From Planctomycetota bacterium (GTDB lineage Bacteria; Planctomycetota; SZUA-567; H5-PLA8), in assembly GCA_023150555.1 (NCBI GenBank), contig JAKLKQ010000033.1, positions 5,088 through 69,087 on the forward strand: a DNA stretch of 64,000 nt, written 5' to 3'. This document shows, one piece after another, positions 27,009 to 36,975 of this stretch. Each line of letters starts with the position of its first letter. Position 1 is the stretch's first letter. The notes below the pieces were generated by a model that worked only from the letters and a program-made list of their open reading frames with translations, was not told the origin of the DNA and did no database searches. The position numbers were made by a program, and so were the translations under genes.

Positions 27009-28130
27009 CTACACCTTTTCGCCTTCGAATCGGCCCAGGATGCCACTGGGCTTGACCAGCAACACGGCGATCAGGATCCCGAATGCAAACGCGTCGCGCA
27101 GGCCCGAACTGACATACGCCTCCACCATCTTCTCGCTCATACCCAGGATCAGTGCGCCCAGAATGGCACCGGGGATACTGCCAATGCCGCCCAGTACCGC
27201 AGCGACGAAGGCCTTCAAGCCCGGCATCAGGCCCATCAGCGGGTCAATGCGCTCATAGTACATTCCGCCCGCCAGCACGCCGCCCAGCCCGGCTACGAAT
27301 GCGCCAATGAAGAACGTTCCCGAAATGATGCGATCCACGGGCACGCCCATCAGCTGCGCAGCTTCGAAGTCCACCGATACCGCTCGCATGGCGCGCCCGA
27401 AGCGCGTGTGCTGGACCAGCAGATACAACCCCGCCGCAACAAGCAGCAGCGTAACCACGATCAGCGCCTGCTTGTTGTTGATTGTCACACGCGCGTAGGA
27501 ATAGGCGTGGGCCTCGAGCGCTGAGTTCTGCGCCAGCGCGCGCGCCTGCGCCAATTGGCCGGCTTCGACGGGTTCTCCGGCCAAAGCAACTGTTGCGCTG
27601 CGCTGCTGCGGGCGCCCGTCCTCGGCGATCACCGCATAGGTCAGGATGACGTTGCGCGAGAAAATATCGCCGGGCTGGATCGAGTCGAGCGGCACCTCGC
27701 TGCGCGGGAAGCGGCTGTCGGCAATCGTAGGCGGGAACTTCCGGTAGTTGGCGCTTACGGTCTGCTGCCCAAGATTCTGCAGGAACAAGGAGACGCCCAG
27801 CGCAGAAAGCAGTGCTACAATACGGCCCGCATTGCGCAGCGGCCGGTAGCACAACCGTTCCACGATGACGGCTAATACCGCGGTGGCCACGCCCGCCACC
27901 AGGATCGCCGCCAGCAGCGGCAGGTAACCGGGCTCGCCGCCGCTGGCCGGCACACCAAAGGCGAACATCAGCGCCGTGTAGCCGACGAAGGCGCCGAACA
28001 TGTAGAACTCGCCGTGGGCGAAATTGATGAGCTTGATGATGCCGTAGACCATTGTGTAGCCGACGGCGATCAGGGCATAGATCGAGCCGATCGAGAGGCC
28101 GTTAAGCAGGAAGTTGAAGAAGTCCGCCAC
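27009..28130 (-). CDS. livH: Branched-chain amino acid ABC transporter permease LivH, with an extra ~70-aa insert
   Basis: MADFFNFLLNGLSIGSIYALIAVGYTMVYGIIKLINFAHGEFYMFGAF is the LivH signature. It is about 370 aa versus about 300 aa typical. Confidence 0.8.
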   Translation of the reverse strand: MADFFNFLLNGLSIGSIYALIAVGYTMVYGIIKLINFAHGEFYMFGAFVGYTALMFAFGVPASGGEPGYLPLLAAILVAGVATAVLAVIVERLCYRPLRNAGRIVALLSALGVSLFLQNLGQQTVSANYRKFPPTIADSRFPRSEVPLDSIQPGDIFSRNVILTYAVIAEDGRPQQRSATVALAGEPVEAGQLAQARALAQNSALEAHAYSYARVTINNKQALIVVTLLLVAAGLYLLVQHTRFGRAMRAVSVDFEAAQLMGVPVDRIISGTFFIGAFVAGLGGVLAGGMYYERIDPLMGLMPGLKAFVAAVLGGIGSIPGAILGALILGMSEKMVEAYVSSGLRDAFAFGILIAVLLVKPSGILGRFEGEKV

Positions 28131-28207
28131 GATTCAGCGCCACCTGATTCCTGCAGCATCCGGCAGCACCCCGATGGTCTTCCGGACTACGGTCCAGTCG
28201 TGCGGCG

Positions 28208-29386
28208 TTATTTGAAGTTCATGTGGAATACGTGTTCCTTCTCGCCGGTCTTCAGAATCATCGCGGGCTTGATGACCTCGCGGTCCTCGCCCATGGTGAC
28301 GTCGCCGCAGAGCGTCTTCACGTCCTTGAGCGTTTGGATCGCGTCGCGCAGCTTCTCCGGATCGCTGGATCCGGCGCGTCGCGCGGCATCCGCTATGCAG
28401 TAGATGGCGTCGTAGCCCAGTGCGGCCATGGCGCCTGGCTTTGCGTTGTATTTTGCGCCGTAATTCTTCACGAAAGTCTGGACCATCGGGTTGGTCGATG
28501 AGGGGCTGAAGTGGTTGCAGAAGTAGTTGTCCTTAATGTCCGCGCCGCCGAGATCGTACAGCTTGGGGTCGTCCCATCCGTCGCCGCCCAGGAACGGCTT
28601 TTGGAATCCGATCGCGCGGGCCTGCTTTATGATCAGCGGAACTTCGTTGTAGTACCCCGGCACCCATACCACGTCGGGATCCGCCGACTTGATCTTGGTG
28701 ACCAGCGTCTGGAAATCGGTGTCGCCTTCCTGGTAGGCCTCTTCGCTCAGGACTTTGCCGCCGCCGGCAGTGAAGGCTTCTTTGAAGCTCTTGACCAGGC
28801 CTTCCGAGTACGCGTTGCCCTTCGCCACCACCAGGACCGCCGACTGCGCCTTCAACTCGTCCTTGGCGAACTTGGCCATCACCTGGCCCTGGAAGTCGTC
28901 GTGGAAGCAGATCCGGAAGATGCACTTGCCGCCCTTCTGCGTGATCGTGACGTTGGTCGAGGCGTGCGTAACCATCGGGATGTGTTCGTCACGCGCGACT
29001 TCCATGGCGGCCATGGTATCGTTCGAAGCCACCGCGCCCACCACCACGTTCACGTTGTCCTGCAGGATCAGCTTCTTGACCGCGTCTTTGGATTTCGCGG
29101 CGTCAGACGCATTGTCCTCGAAGAGAATGCTCAGCTTCACGCCGCTCTTGGGGTCCGCATTCAGCTCGTCAACGGCCAGTTGCATGCCCTTCTTGCTGTC
29201 CTCGCCCCAGCCGGCGACCTTGCCAGAGAGTTCCAGGTTCGCGCCGATCTTAAGTTCAACCGGGCCGGCCTCTCCGTTCTTCACTGAGGACCCGCCTTCG
29301 GTCTTCGTCTTGCCGCTGCAACCCGCAAGGCCCAGCAGGAACCCGGCGCTCAGCAGCAGCCCCGCGATCCAAGGTCGGCGATTCAT
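28208..29386 (-). CDS. ABC transporter periplasmic substrate-binding protein, LivJ/LivK-like lipoprotein
   Basis: Signal peptide with lipobox (LLLSAGFLLGLAGCSG). The LIVBP-like fold motif KIGANLELSGKVAGWGED is present. It sits first in the liv operon. Confidence 0.75.
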   Translation of the reverse strand: MNRRPWIAGLLLSAGFLLGLAGCSGKTKTEGGSSVKNGEAGPVELKIGANLELSGKVAGWGEDSKKGMQLAVDELNADPKSGVKLSILFEDNASDAAKSKDAVKKLILQDNVNVVVGAVASNDTMAAMEVARDEHIPMVTHASTNVTITQKGGKCIFRICFHDDFQGQVMAKFAKDELKAQSAVLVVAKGNAYSEGLVKSFKEAFTAGGGKVLSEEAYQEGDTDFQTLVTKIKSADPDVVWVPGYYNEVPLIIKQARAIGFQKPFLGGDGWDDPKLYDLGGADIKDNYFCNHFSPSSTNPMVQTFVKNYGAKYNAKPGAMAALGYDAIYCIADAARRAGSSDPEKLRDAIQTLKDVKTLCGDVTMGEDREVIKPAMILKTGEKEHVFHMNFK

Positions 29387-29553
29387 CGTTCTATTTCTCC
29401 TCGAAACAGGACTCGCCGGGCACCAGGCCCAGACGATCCGTTGGCGCCAAAGATAGGTTCGGCAGATGTGATTTTCGCCCCATCCACGCCTCATGCAAGG
29501 CCGAAAACCGCCCGGATCTGCACTTTGGGTGGCCGTCCGGATACAGCCCAAGG

Positions 29554-31935
29554 TCAGGGCGTGGCAGGGGTATGGGAGGCAAGCGCGGCCCGGCGCTGCC
29601 CGATGCGCTCGAGGTAGTAGCGCAGGTCCGCCCGCGAGGCCACCGGAATGATCTCGCAGTTCTCGCCCAGCAGCACCACCGGCCCACCGGCATCCAGTTC
29701 CTTTAACAGGTCCGCGGTGGCCTGCATCTGCGCGAGGACATCTGCGGCCGGTTGGTCGTTGGGCCCGTTGGCCAGCGCGGCGATCTTCTCGATCGCCTTA
29801 GCATCGAGGCCGGCCTGTTCGAGGGTGCGTTGCCAGAAGAGCCGCCCGCGGCGTGCCCCGCGCAGGCGCAGGTAGTCGAGGTGCTTCTCCGGCGCGGCTT
29901 GCTTCACGGCCAGCGCCAGCGCGGCCTCGTCGATTTCCGCGATGCCATTCTGCGCGGCGAGCTGGCGCAGGGGCTTGCCGTCGGGTCCAGGGGCCTCGTT
30001 CCAGACGAGCGCGTCGCGGATCTCGACGTCCGGGACGCCCTGCGGCCACGCGAACGCCTCAAGCGCGACGTCCACCGCCTGCTGGCCCTCCTTCGAGAAG
30101 CGCGCGACGAACACCTCCGCGCGCCCGCGGATGCGTTCCCGCCCCGCGATGCGGTGCGCGCCCACCGCCGAGCCCGCGATGACCAGTTGGCCATCGGCCT
30201 CGCGGACGATCGGCCTGAGCATCTCGGCGTACTGGTATTCCGTCTTCGCCGCCGGGTCGAGCAGGTACGCGGGCAGTCGCTCGATCTTGTACTTCTCGAT
30301 CAGGCCCCTGCCCTCCGCGCTCGCCGGATCGACAAAGCGCCAGTTCAGGCCCGGCAGGTAGTCGAGCAGGATCGGCAGGATGCGCTCGTGGTTCGACCAC
30401 AGCGCGTCGGCTTCGACGAGCACCGTCGCGGCGACGGGCACGGCCTTCTGCGAGTAATCGCACTGCGCCTCGGGCTTGCCCGCGTCGCGGCAGCGCCCGA
30501 TGAAGCCGCGCTTGCGGCAGTCGCGGTCGCTGAAGCAGGCCGGCACGCCTTCGCAGACGGCGGGCTTGGGCTCGTCGAACATCCCGCAGAGCGCGCGCAG
30601 GAGTTGCAGACGCTCGTTGGGGCCTTCGTAAAGGCGATTGGCGATCACCAGCGTCGGCGTGCCGGGCACGCGGCGGCGCGGGACCAGTTCGGCGTCGGCC
30701 AAGAGCGCCTGGTCGACCTCGCCGCCTTCTTCCAGCGCACCCTTCAATCGCGCGGGCAGCAGGTTCAGCGCCTTCGCGCCGTCTTCCCACGAAGCGGCGG
30801 CGTTCTCGGGGCGCGCGCGCCAGCGCAGCCAGTCGACAAAGCGTTCCGGATAGTGCTTCGCGACGGCCGCCTCGACGCGCGTCTCGGCCAGCCAGTCTTG
30901 CTTGCCCATCAGTTTGCCGTCCGCGTCCTTGTGCACCAGGAAGTGCGGTACGAAGACCGCGCGGTCCTTCAGCTCCCTGCCGAACTCTTCGAGCACGGGC
31001 CAGAGTTCCAGGCAGTACGGGCAGCCCGGCTGCGTCCAGACCTCGATCTCGACCGATTTCTTCGTTTTCTTGCGCAGCGCGTCGAGGTGCGGCGCGAGCA
31101 GCTTCGCGACCTCGGGGTCGTCGGGGATTTCCGACGTGAGCGGCTCGTGTTTGACGCGGATCTGCCAGCGTGGGCCGGGATCGCCGGGCTTCCAGCCCCT
31201 GCGCGCGTAGCACTCGGCGACGCCCAGGCGCTGGGCCTGGTAATCGAAGTTCGCGATCACCGTATTGCCGGCGGTCCACGCCACGCGGTTCGAGGATTTT
31301 CGGCCCGCGTTAATGATAAAATGAACTGGGGAATCATTCACCAGCGACTCGACATTCTCCTCACCCAGTTGCGAAAGGTAGATGTCCATGGGAGCCGCAA
31401 GCGAACTGGTTATGTATGCCTCAGCGAATCTCTTTTCGCGCCCCAGGACCCCTATCGCATTAACGATGATTGCAGACTCTGGTGGCGCATCACCGCCCGT
31501 CCGTATCTGTTCGTCATGCCGCATTACCTTTTTAATGCCTGCTCCCCGCAGCACCTCCTCTTCCCGGTCTGTGGCAAGGACAACATCATACTTCATCGCC
31601 GCCATGGCCTTCGCCATCAGCTCAGTGCGGAGCTTGTCGCGTACGGGATCGCCGTCGGAGTCTTCGTCGTAGATGCCGCCGGCCGCCCAACCGCCGGCAT
31701 CGACCAGCAGCACGGGACCGCGTTCGCGGTAGCGCTTGATCAGCGTCGCGCGCCGCGCCACGCCGCCCAAGGGCTGCAACGGGCAGTCGCACGGCAGCAG
31801 CGCCGCGTGTGCCTCGCCCGTGAATAGGATGGTGAGATCGGGCTTGGATTTACCGTCCTTGCCGTCCTCGCCCGCGAAGGCGGCGCAGGCGAACGCGAAG
31901 GCGAATGCGAACAACAGCGCCGCCCAAATCCTCAT
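29554..31935 (-). CDS. Secreted 793-aa multidomain protein with DsbA/thioredoxin-like CPYC domain and Cys-rich module
   Basis: Signal peptide MRIWAALLFAFAFAFACAAFA. WTQPGCPYCLELWPVLEEFG is a thioredoxin-fold CxxC. The Cys-rich segment is VCEGVPACFSDRDCRKRGFIGRCRDAGKPEAQC. Its start overlaps the upstream gene's stop. Confidence 0.6.
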   Translation of the reverse strand: MRIWAALLFAFAFAFACAAFAGEDGKDGKSKPDLTILFTGEAHAALLPCDCPLQPLGGVARRATLIKRYRERGPVLLVDAGGWAAGGIYDEDSDGDPVRDKLRTELMAKAMAAMKYDVVLATDREEEVLRGAGIKKVMRHDEQIRTGGDAPPESAIIVNAIGVLGREKRFAEAYITSSLAAPMDIYLSQLGEENVESLVNDSPVHFIINAGRKSSNRVAWTAGNTVIANFDYQAQRLGVAECYARRGWKPGDPGPRWQIRVKHEPLTSEIPDDPEVAKLLAPHLDALRKKTKKSVEIEVWTQPGCPYCLELWPVLEEFGRELKDRAVFVPHFLVHKDADGKLMGKQDWLAETRVEAAVAKHYPERFVDWLRWRARPENAAASWEDGAKALNLLPARLKGALEEGGEVDQALLADAELVPRRRVPGTPTLVIANRLYEGPNERLQLLRALCGMFDEPKPAVCEGVPACFSDRDCRKRGFIGRCRDAGKPEAQCDYSQKAVPVAATVLVEADALWSNHERILPILLDYLPGLNWRFVDPASAEGRGLIEKYKIERLPAYLLDPAAKTEYQYAEMLRPIVREADGQLVIAGSAVGAHRIAGRERIRGRAEVFVARFSKEGQQAVDVALEAFAWPQGVPDVEIRDALVWNEAPGPDGKPLRQLAAQNGIAEIDEAALALAVKQAAPEKHLDYLRLRGARRGRLFWQRTLEQAGLDAKAIEKIAALANGPNDQPAADVLAQMQATADLLKELDAGGPVVLLGENCEIIPVASRADLRYYLERIGQRRAALASHTPATP

Positions 31936-32765
31936 GGCGTGCCCCGCAACTGCTCGACTCGCTCCAGGGCGCCGACGACGCCCTGCTCGTAGGCGTGCGT
32001 CGTCTTCGTCGCGCCGCTGATGACATCGACCTGCGCGTCCTTCTTGAGCGTACGGCCGATGAACTGCTTGAGCAGCTGGTCGGTGCGTTCCTTCGACATG
32101 GGAGTGCCGTACAGCTCAAGCGCACGCACCGGCTTGATCGTCTTGACCGCGGGGACTTCTTCGTTGCTGGTCAGCACCAGCAGCTGCGCGTCGTTGCAGA
32201 TCGGGCAGTGGATCGCGCGGTAGGCGTCGATGACCCAACCGACGGTCTTGCCGCCGGCGCGGACCTCGTAGACGCGGTCGGTGTCGCTGTCGAGGATCTG
32301 CGTCACCTCCAGGTCCTTGCGCCCCAGGGCCTCTCGGGCGAAGGCCGCCGCGTCGGCCGGCAGGCGGCCCTTGTTCCCGCGCTCGTCGAAGGCCCGGCGC
32401 AGCAGTTCATCGAGTTTGTCCTCGACGCCGCGGCGCTTGCCCTTGCTGGTCAGCATTAGGCTTCCGATCACGACGGTGATCTCGCCGGTCTGCTCGCCCT
32501 TGTGCGCCTTCTCGACCTCCCGCAGCTTCGCATAGCCTTCCTTGTCGTCGATGGAGATCTTCTCGACGGTCAGCCGGTCGGCGTACGGCCTCACCGCCGC
32601 GTCGATCGCCTCCTCGGCCTTCTTCCAGTTCGGGTCCTCCTTCGAGTAGTAGACCTGGATCGCGATGGGCTCGGGCTTGGGCTTCTCTTCGCCCGCCGCG
32701 CGCGGCGCCCAGAAGGCGCCCGCCGCTAGCAGGGCCAGGATCGCGATGGCCGCTCGTACACTCAT
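31932..32765 (-). CDS. Periplasmic FMN-binding domain protein (NqrC/RnfG-type FMN_bind)
   Basis: Signal peptide MSVRAAIAILALLAAGAFWAP. C-terminal VDVISGATKTTHAYEQGV matches the flavinylation motif (S/T)GAT(T/S). It also has a CPIC motif. Confidence 0.6.
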   Translation of the reverse strand: MSVRAAIAILALLAAGAFWAPRAAGEEKPKPEPIAIQVYYSKEDPNWKKAEEAIDAAVRPYADRLTVEKISIDDKEGYAKLREVEKAHKGEQTGEITVVIGSLMLTSKGKRRGVEDKLDELLRRAFDERGNKGRLPADAAAFAREALGRKDLEVTQILDSDTDRVYEVRAGGKTVGWVIDAYRAIHCPICNDAQLLVLTSNEEVPAVKTIKPVRALELYGTPMSKERTDQLLKQFIGRTLKKDAQVDVISGATKTTHAYEQGVVGALERVEQLRGTP

Positions 32766-33721
32766 GGCCTCTCTACCCCTACGCCTTTCAGGATCGCGCG
32801 CGCGCGGACCTCGTCCTTACGGATCTGCTCGACCAGCGCCTCGATATCCGGAAATCGGCGTTCGTCGCGCAGCTTCTCGACGAAGTGCACTTCCATGCGC
32901 TGGCCGTACAGGTCGCCGGTGAAATCGAAGAGGTGCGTCTCGATCAGCAGGTCGGGGCGTTCGCCGGCCTTCGATGGCGCAACCGTCGGCCGGTAGCCGA
33001 CGTTGGTGATCGAACCGTAGGTCTTGCCGCCGACCTCGGCCAGCGTCGCGTACACGCCGAAGGGCGGACGCACCTGGCGGTCCAGGTCCAGGTTCGCGGT
33101 GGCGTAGCCCAGGCGCCGGCCGCGCGCGTCGCCCTTGACCACGTGGCCCAGCACGCTGATGCGGCGGCCCAGCATTGCCTCCGCTTCGCGCAGGCGTCCT
33201 TCCCAGATGGCATCGCGGATGAGGGTGCTCGAGACCGGCTCGCCGGCTGCGGACTGCACGGGCGCCAGGCACTCGACGCCGAAGCCGAGGCGTTCGCCCA
33301 GGGGCTTCAGTTCCTTGCTGTCGACGCCCATGCGGTCACAGCCGAATCGGCTGTCGAAGCCCAGCACCAGCGCCGCGATGCCCAGCTTACCGGCGAAGTA
33401 CGTCTTGGCGAAACGTTCGGCGGTCAGCTTGCTGAGTTCCGGCGTGAAATCGAGCACCCAAGCGAAGTCCACGCCAGCTCGTTCGAAAAGCAGCAGGCGG
33501 TGTTCGAGCGTCGTCAGCAGGTCCGGCCCGCGGCCGTCGAGGACTTTCCGCGGGTGCTGGCCGAAGGTGAGTACGCCCGCCGTGGCCTTGCGCGCCCGTG
33601 CGGCCAGAAGAAGGCTGTCCAGCACCGCGCGGTGCCCGCGGTGGACGCCATCGAAGGTGCCGATGGTCACGACGGCGCCACGTTCGGACGGAGGCTGTGC
33701 GTCGCCGCGATAGATCTTCAT
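32762..33721 (-). CDS. ribF: Bifunctional riboflavin kinase / FMN adenylyltransferase RibF
   Basis: VVTIGTFDGVHRGHRAVL (FAD synthetase). GRRLGYATANLDL and YRPTV (riboflavin kinase). Confidence 0.85.
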   Translation of the reverse strand: MKIYRGDAQPPSERGAVVTIGTFDGVHRGHRAVLDSLLLAARARKATAGVLTFGQHPRKVLDGRGPDLLTTLEHRLLLFERAGVDFAWVLDFTPELSKLTAERFAKTYFAGKLGIAALVLGFDSRFGCDRMGVDSKELKPLGERLGFGVECLAPVQSAAGEPVSSTLIRDAIWEGRLREAEAMLGRRISVLGHVVKGDARGRRLGYATANLDLDRQVRPPFGVYATLAEVGGKTYGSITNVGYRPTVAPSKAGERPDLLIETHLFDFTGDLYGQRMEVHFVEKLRDERRFPDIEALVEQIRKDEVRARAILKGVGVERP

Positions 33722-33855
33722 TCCGGTCTGTTCCGGGCCCACTGGCGCTACTCCAGCATTGTGGCCGCTTTGCGAAGCCCCGGCAAGGACCGCCGGCCCC
33801 TGATTGGGTATGCCGCGGGCATGGCGCTGGCGTGGAATTGCGGTACTTTCAAGAC

Positions 33856-34719
33856 ATGAGTTCGATGGCATTCAAGATCATCTCCTCCGTCGCGGTCCTG
33901 GTGATCGTCGCCACGACCGTCGGCATCTTCCTGGCCGGTCGCGTCCCGCCGGACCTGCAGGGGGCGCAGCCTCAGACGCCCACCCCCGAAGAGACGGGCG
34001 ACCTGCCGCAGTTCTTCACCGATGAAGAAGCGCAGAGCATGCTCGCCGACGTGATGGAGGCCGGTCTGAGCAAGAAGCCCGAGGACTTGGTCTTCCTGGC
34101 CGAATGCCTGGGCGACCGGCGCCAGATCCCCGCCCCACCCGAGCCCGAGAAGACGGGCAAAGAGAAGGAGAACGCGAAGACCGAGGCTGAACCTCAACGG
34201 CCCAAGCCGATGATCGACCTGCCCAAGACCGTCAGCGTTTCTTCCGTGGCCCAAGGCTGGCTGGCCACCACGGGCATGCCCGCCGTACCGCCGATTATGA
34301 ACCGCATGCGCAAGCTGCTGGACGAGTGCGCCGACCCGAAGCAGCCGCTGACGCTAAAGGAACTGCGCGTGCTGAAGGACGGCCTGGTGGTGCTCAGCGA
34401 GATCCAGCGCAAGCTGCTCAACGACATGAAGAAGGCAGGCAAGCCCATGCCCTCCGACCCGCCGATCATGGTGATGGCCAAGTCCAAGCTCGTGGACGCC
34501 GTACCGGTCGCCGGAAGCACGCAGGTTCGGGAGATGACGCAGGAACGCGAATTTCCCCTGGCCTGGGTGCTGGTCACCGATCCATCGATCGCGACGGCGG
34601 CCACTCAAGGCAGTTGGGTGCGCGGTCCAACCTACGAGGTCTCGCGCGACAACATCGGCAAGGCGTTGGATGCCGTCGAGTCCGACACGAAGAAGCTGGA
34701 CGAAGTGCTGCAGAAGTAA
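33856..34719 (+). CDS. Hypothetical membrane-anchored protein (287 aa)
   Basis: N-terminal TM (FKIISSVAVLVIVATTVGIFLAG) followed by a Pro/Glu-rich linker and a globular domain. No known motif. Confidence 0.45.
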   Translation: MSSMAFKIISSVAVLVIVATTVGIFLAGRVPPDLQGAQPQTPTPEETGDLPQFFTDEEAQSMLADVMEAGLSKKPEDLVFLAECLGDRRQIPAPPEPEKTGKEKENAKTEAEPQRPKPMIDLPKTVSVSSVAQGWLATTGMPAVPPIMNRMRKLLDECADPKQPLTLKELRVLKDGLVVLSEIQRKLLNDMKKAGKPMPSDPPIMVMAKSKLVDAVPVAGSTQVREMTQEREFPLAWVLVTDPSIATAATQGSWVRGPTYEVSRDNIGKALDAVESDTKKLDEVLQK

Positions 34720-34907
34720 CGCACAAGTTCCTTGCGCGACACGCGAATTCCTTTCATTTTTCCCCCAACAACTTGCCCGCCATTTTCAGCGTGGGGTATA
34801 GTCGTTTCTGGAGGCCATACACAGGGGGCGGCTGGATCGCCATGGGCGGACCGTGAGGGTAGCACGGGCTGGCCTGTTTTAGGCGATCCGCAAGCTGCGG
34901 GTGCGCC

Positions 34908-36203
34908 ATGAACCCGACGGTCCTCTGTTCCCTCTGCGGGCATGCGGTTCCGTGCCCGGACCTCACCAAGAACGATCCCATTCCCTGCCCCGTCTGCGGC
35001 GAGACCTGTTCGCCGCCGCGGGAGGTCTCGCTACAGGGCCTCGATAACCTTCAACTCGAGGTTGAAGCCGAGGCCATCACTCGCAGCCTGTGGAAGGACG
35101 ACCGGGCGATCCTCAACGACGTCGAGCACGAAGATGAAACGAATGAAACGCCCGTGGCGGCCGCACCCGCCCAACCGGCGGCGGCGGCGGACGGCGAGGT
35201 TGATCTGGCCGCCGGCGCGGGACTTGACTTGCATGCGGAGTGCGAAGCGCTGTGCGATTACGCGATGGCGCTCTTCCAGGATCTCGGCTGGGCCTGCGAG
35301 CGCTGGGACGACTTCCACGCTTTCTCCATGCGCGCCCAGGTCGCCAACCCGGCGACCGACAAGGCCGATTCCGTCAACGTCACCGTCAGCTCCATGGGCG
35401 GCATCCTCTCGTTCGAGACCGTCGCCATGGCGCTGCCCGAACCGCCGTGGCACCGTCTTCGCGAAGCCATGAACCACCTCAACTTCTGCTCCAACAGCAG
35501 CGTCTTCCTGCTGCGGGAGTGCGGCGTGGTGGTGCGGCACTGCGTGGTGCCGCGCAAAGGAGAGGAATGGTTCACCAGCGCCGAGCTGATGCTGGCCGTC
35601 CGCCGGCTGAATTATGACCGCGCGGTGGCCGTGTCGCTCCTGGAGCCCGTCGCGCGCACCGGGCTGATCGATTATCCGGCCATCCGCCGCAGCCTTCAGA
35701 AGCCGTTGACCTTGCACCACACGCGCCCGGTCTCGCACGCACAACTCGAAGCGCTCAGCAAATTCGTCGGCTACCGCGCCGCCTGGGACGAGACGACGAT
35801 GCACTTGTCTAAGGACCGCCGCCCGCCCGAGCGCTGCCCCGTGCATCTGCAGATCGCCGAAGGCGCGCTGCGCGTCTGGGCCGTGCCGGGCAGTTCGGGT
35901 TCGTCGGCGTGGCCTGGACTGAAATGGGGCATCGTTCGGCAGGTGATGCGGAACTTCGGCAAGGACGGCGAGCCGCTCAGCCGCAGCCAGGCCGGCCGCC
36001 TTCTGGAACGCCTGAACGCGCTCAACGAGACCGCCAGCGTGCTGCGCTTCGTCTGGAATCAGGGACAGATCCTGGCGCTGGCTACCTATCCTCCGACGGA
36101 ACGCGACCTGCCCGTGGAAAGGTACCACTTGATCGTCGAGGCCATGATGCGCTGCGCCCAGGAGCAGGGCAACGAGATCCGCATCACCAAGCTGGCGATG
36201 TGA
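34908..36203 (+). CDS. Hypothetical protein with N-terminal zinc-ribbon (CxxC...CxxC) and two related C-terminal domains
   Basis: MNPTVLCSLCGHAVPCPDLTKNDPIPCPVCGETCSPP is a zinc ribbon. An acidic linker follows, then two ~120-aa blocks of similar character (possibly YbjN-like). Confidence 0.5.
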   Translation: MNPTVLCSLCGHAVPCPDLTKNDPIPCPVCGETCSPPREVSLQGLDNLQLEVEAEAITRSLWKDDRAILNDVEHEDETNETPVAAAPAQPAAAADGEVDLAAGAGLDLHAECEALCDYAMALFQDLGWACERWDDFHAFSMRAQVANPATDKADSVNVTVSSMGGILSFETVAMALPEPPWHRLREAMNHLNFCSNSSVFLLRECGVVVRHCVVPRKGEEWFTSAELMLAVRRLNYDRAVAVSLLEPVARTGLIDYPAIRRSLQKPLTLHHTRPVSHAQLEALSKFVGYRAAWDETTMHLSKDRRPPERCPVHLQIAEGALRVWAVPGSSGSSAWPGLKWGIVRQVMRNFGKDGEPLSRSQAGRLLERLNALNETASVLRFVWNQGQILALATYPPTERDLPVERYHLIVEAMMRCAQEQGNEIRITKLAM

Positions 36204-36270
36204 GCGCCCCTTCCCTGCCCGCCCAAAGTCCGGTAGATTCGGAGCGGGCTGGACGACGAGGCGAGGCGCG

Positions 36271-36963
36271 ATGGCCGGTACCCAACCTTTCGGTAACCTT
36301 GATCCTGGCGACGAGGAACTCACCTCGCGCCGGCTCTTTCTGCCGCAGACGGACGCCCCGCACACCGTCGAAGTCTATCGCGACCTGCTGAAGGCCTCGG
36401 GCCTCTGGCGCCATGCGCGCAAACTCGCCTTCGAACACCTCAAGCTCGCCGGCAACGAAAGCCTTCTCCACGTGGGCTGCGGGCGCGGCAGCCTGACCCT
36501 GAAACTGAAGAAACGCTACCCTGGCCTGGATATCACCGGGATCGAGGCCGACGAAAACAGCCTCGCCACGGCGGCGGAAGACGCGGAGAGCGACGGGCTG
36601 CACGTGCTCTTTCAGAAGGGCTACCTCCAGGACCTGCCCACCACAACCGAACGCCACGACGTGGTGCTTTGCGTATTGGCGCTCAGCCGTGTCTCGGGCA
36701 GCGACCGCGGGGAGGCCTTCGATGAGATCCGGCGCGTGCTGAAGCCCGGCGGCCAGCTGCTGGCCGTGGATATCGGCGCCTCCGCACCCGGCGTGCGCGG
36801 CCTGTTGGTGCGGCGGCTGGCCCTGAACCAGAAAGGCCTGGCCGATCATCTGGCGCTGGGACTCGCGGAGATCCTCCGCTTCGGCGGAATGGAAGGCGTG
36901 AGCAAGCTCGCGGAAGGGCCCTTCGGACTTCAGGTGGTCAGCGGGCGCAAGAGCGAACGGTAG
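36271..36963 (+). CDS. Class I SAM-dependent methyltransferase
   Basis: LLHVGCGRGSLTLKL is motif I (GxGxG). VLKPGGQLLAVD is the post-I motif. Confidence 0.7.
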   Translation: MAGTQPFGNLDPGDEELTSRRLFLPQTDAPHTVEVYRDLLKASGLWRHARKLAFEHLKLAGNESLLHVGCGRGSLTLKLKKRYPGLDITGIEADENSLATAAEDAESDGLHVLFQKGYLQDLPTTTERHDVVLCVLALSRVSGSDRGEAFDEIRRVLKPGGQLLAVDIGASAPGVRGLLVRRLALNQKGLADHLALGLAEILRFGGMEGVSKLAEGPFGLQVVSGRKSER

Positions 36964-36975
36964 ACGGCTGCCCCC

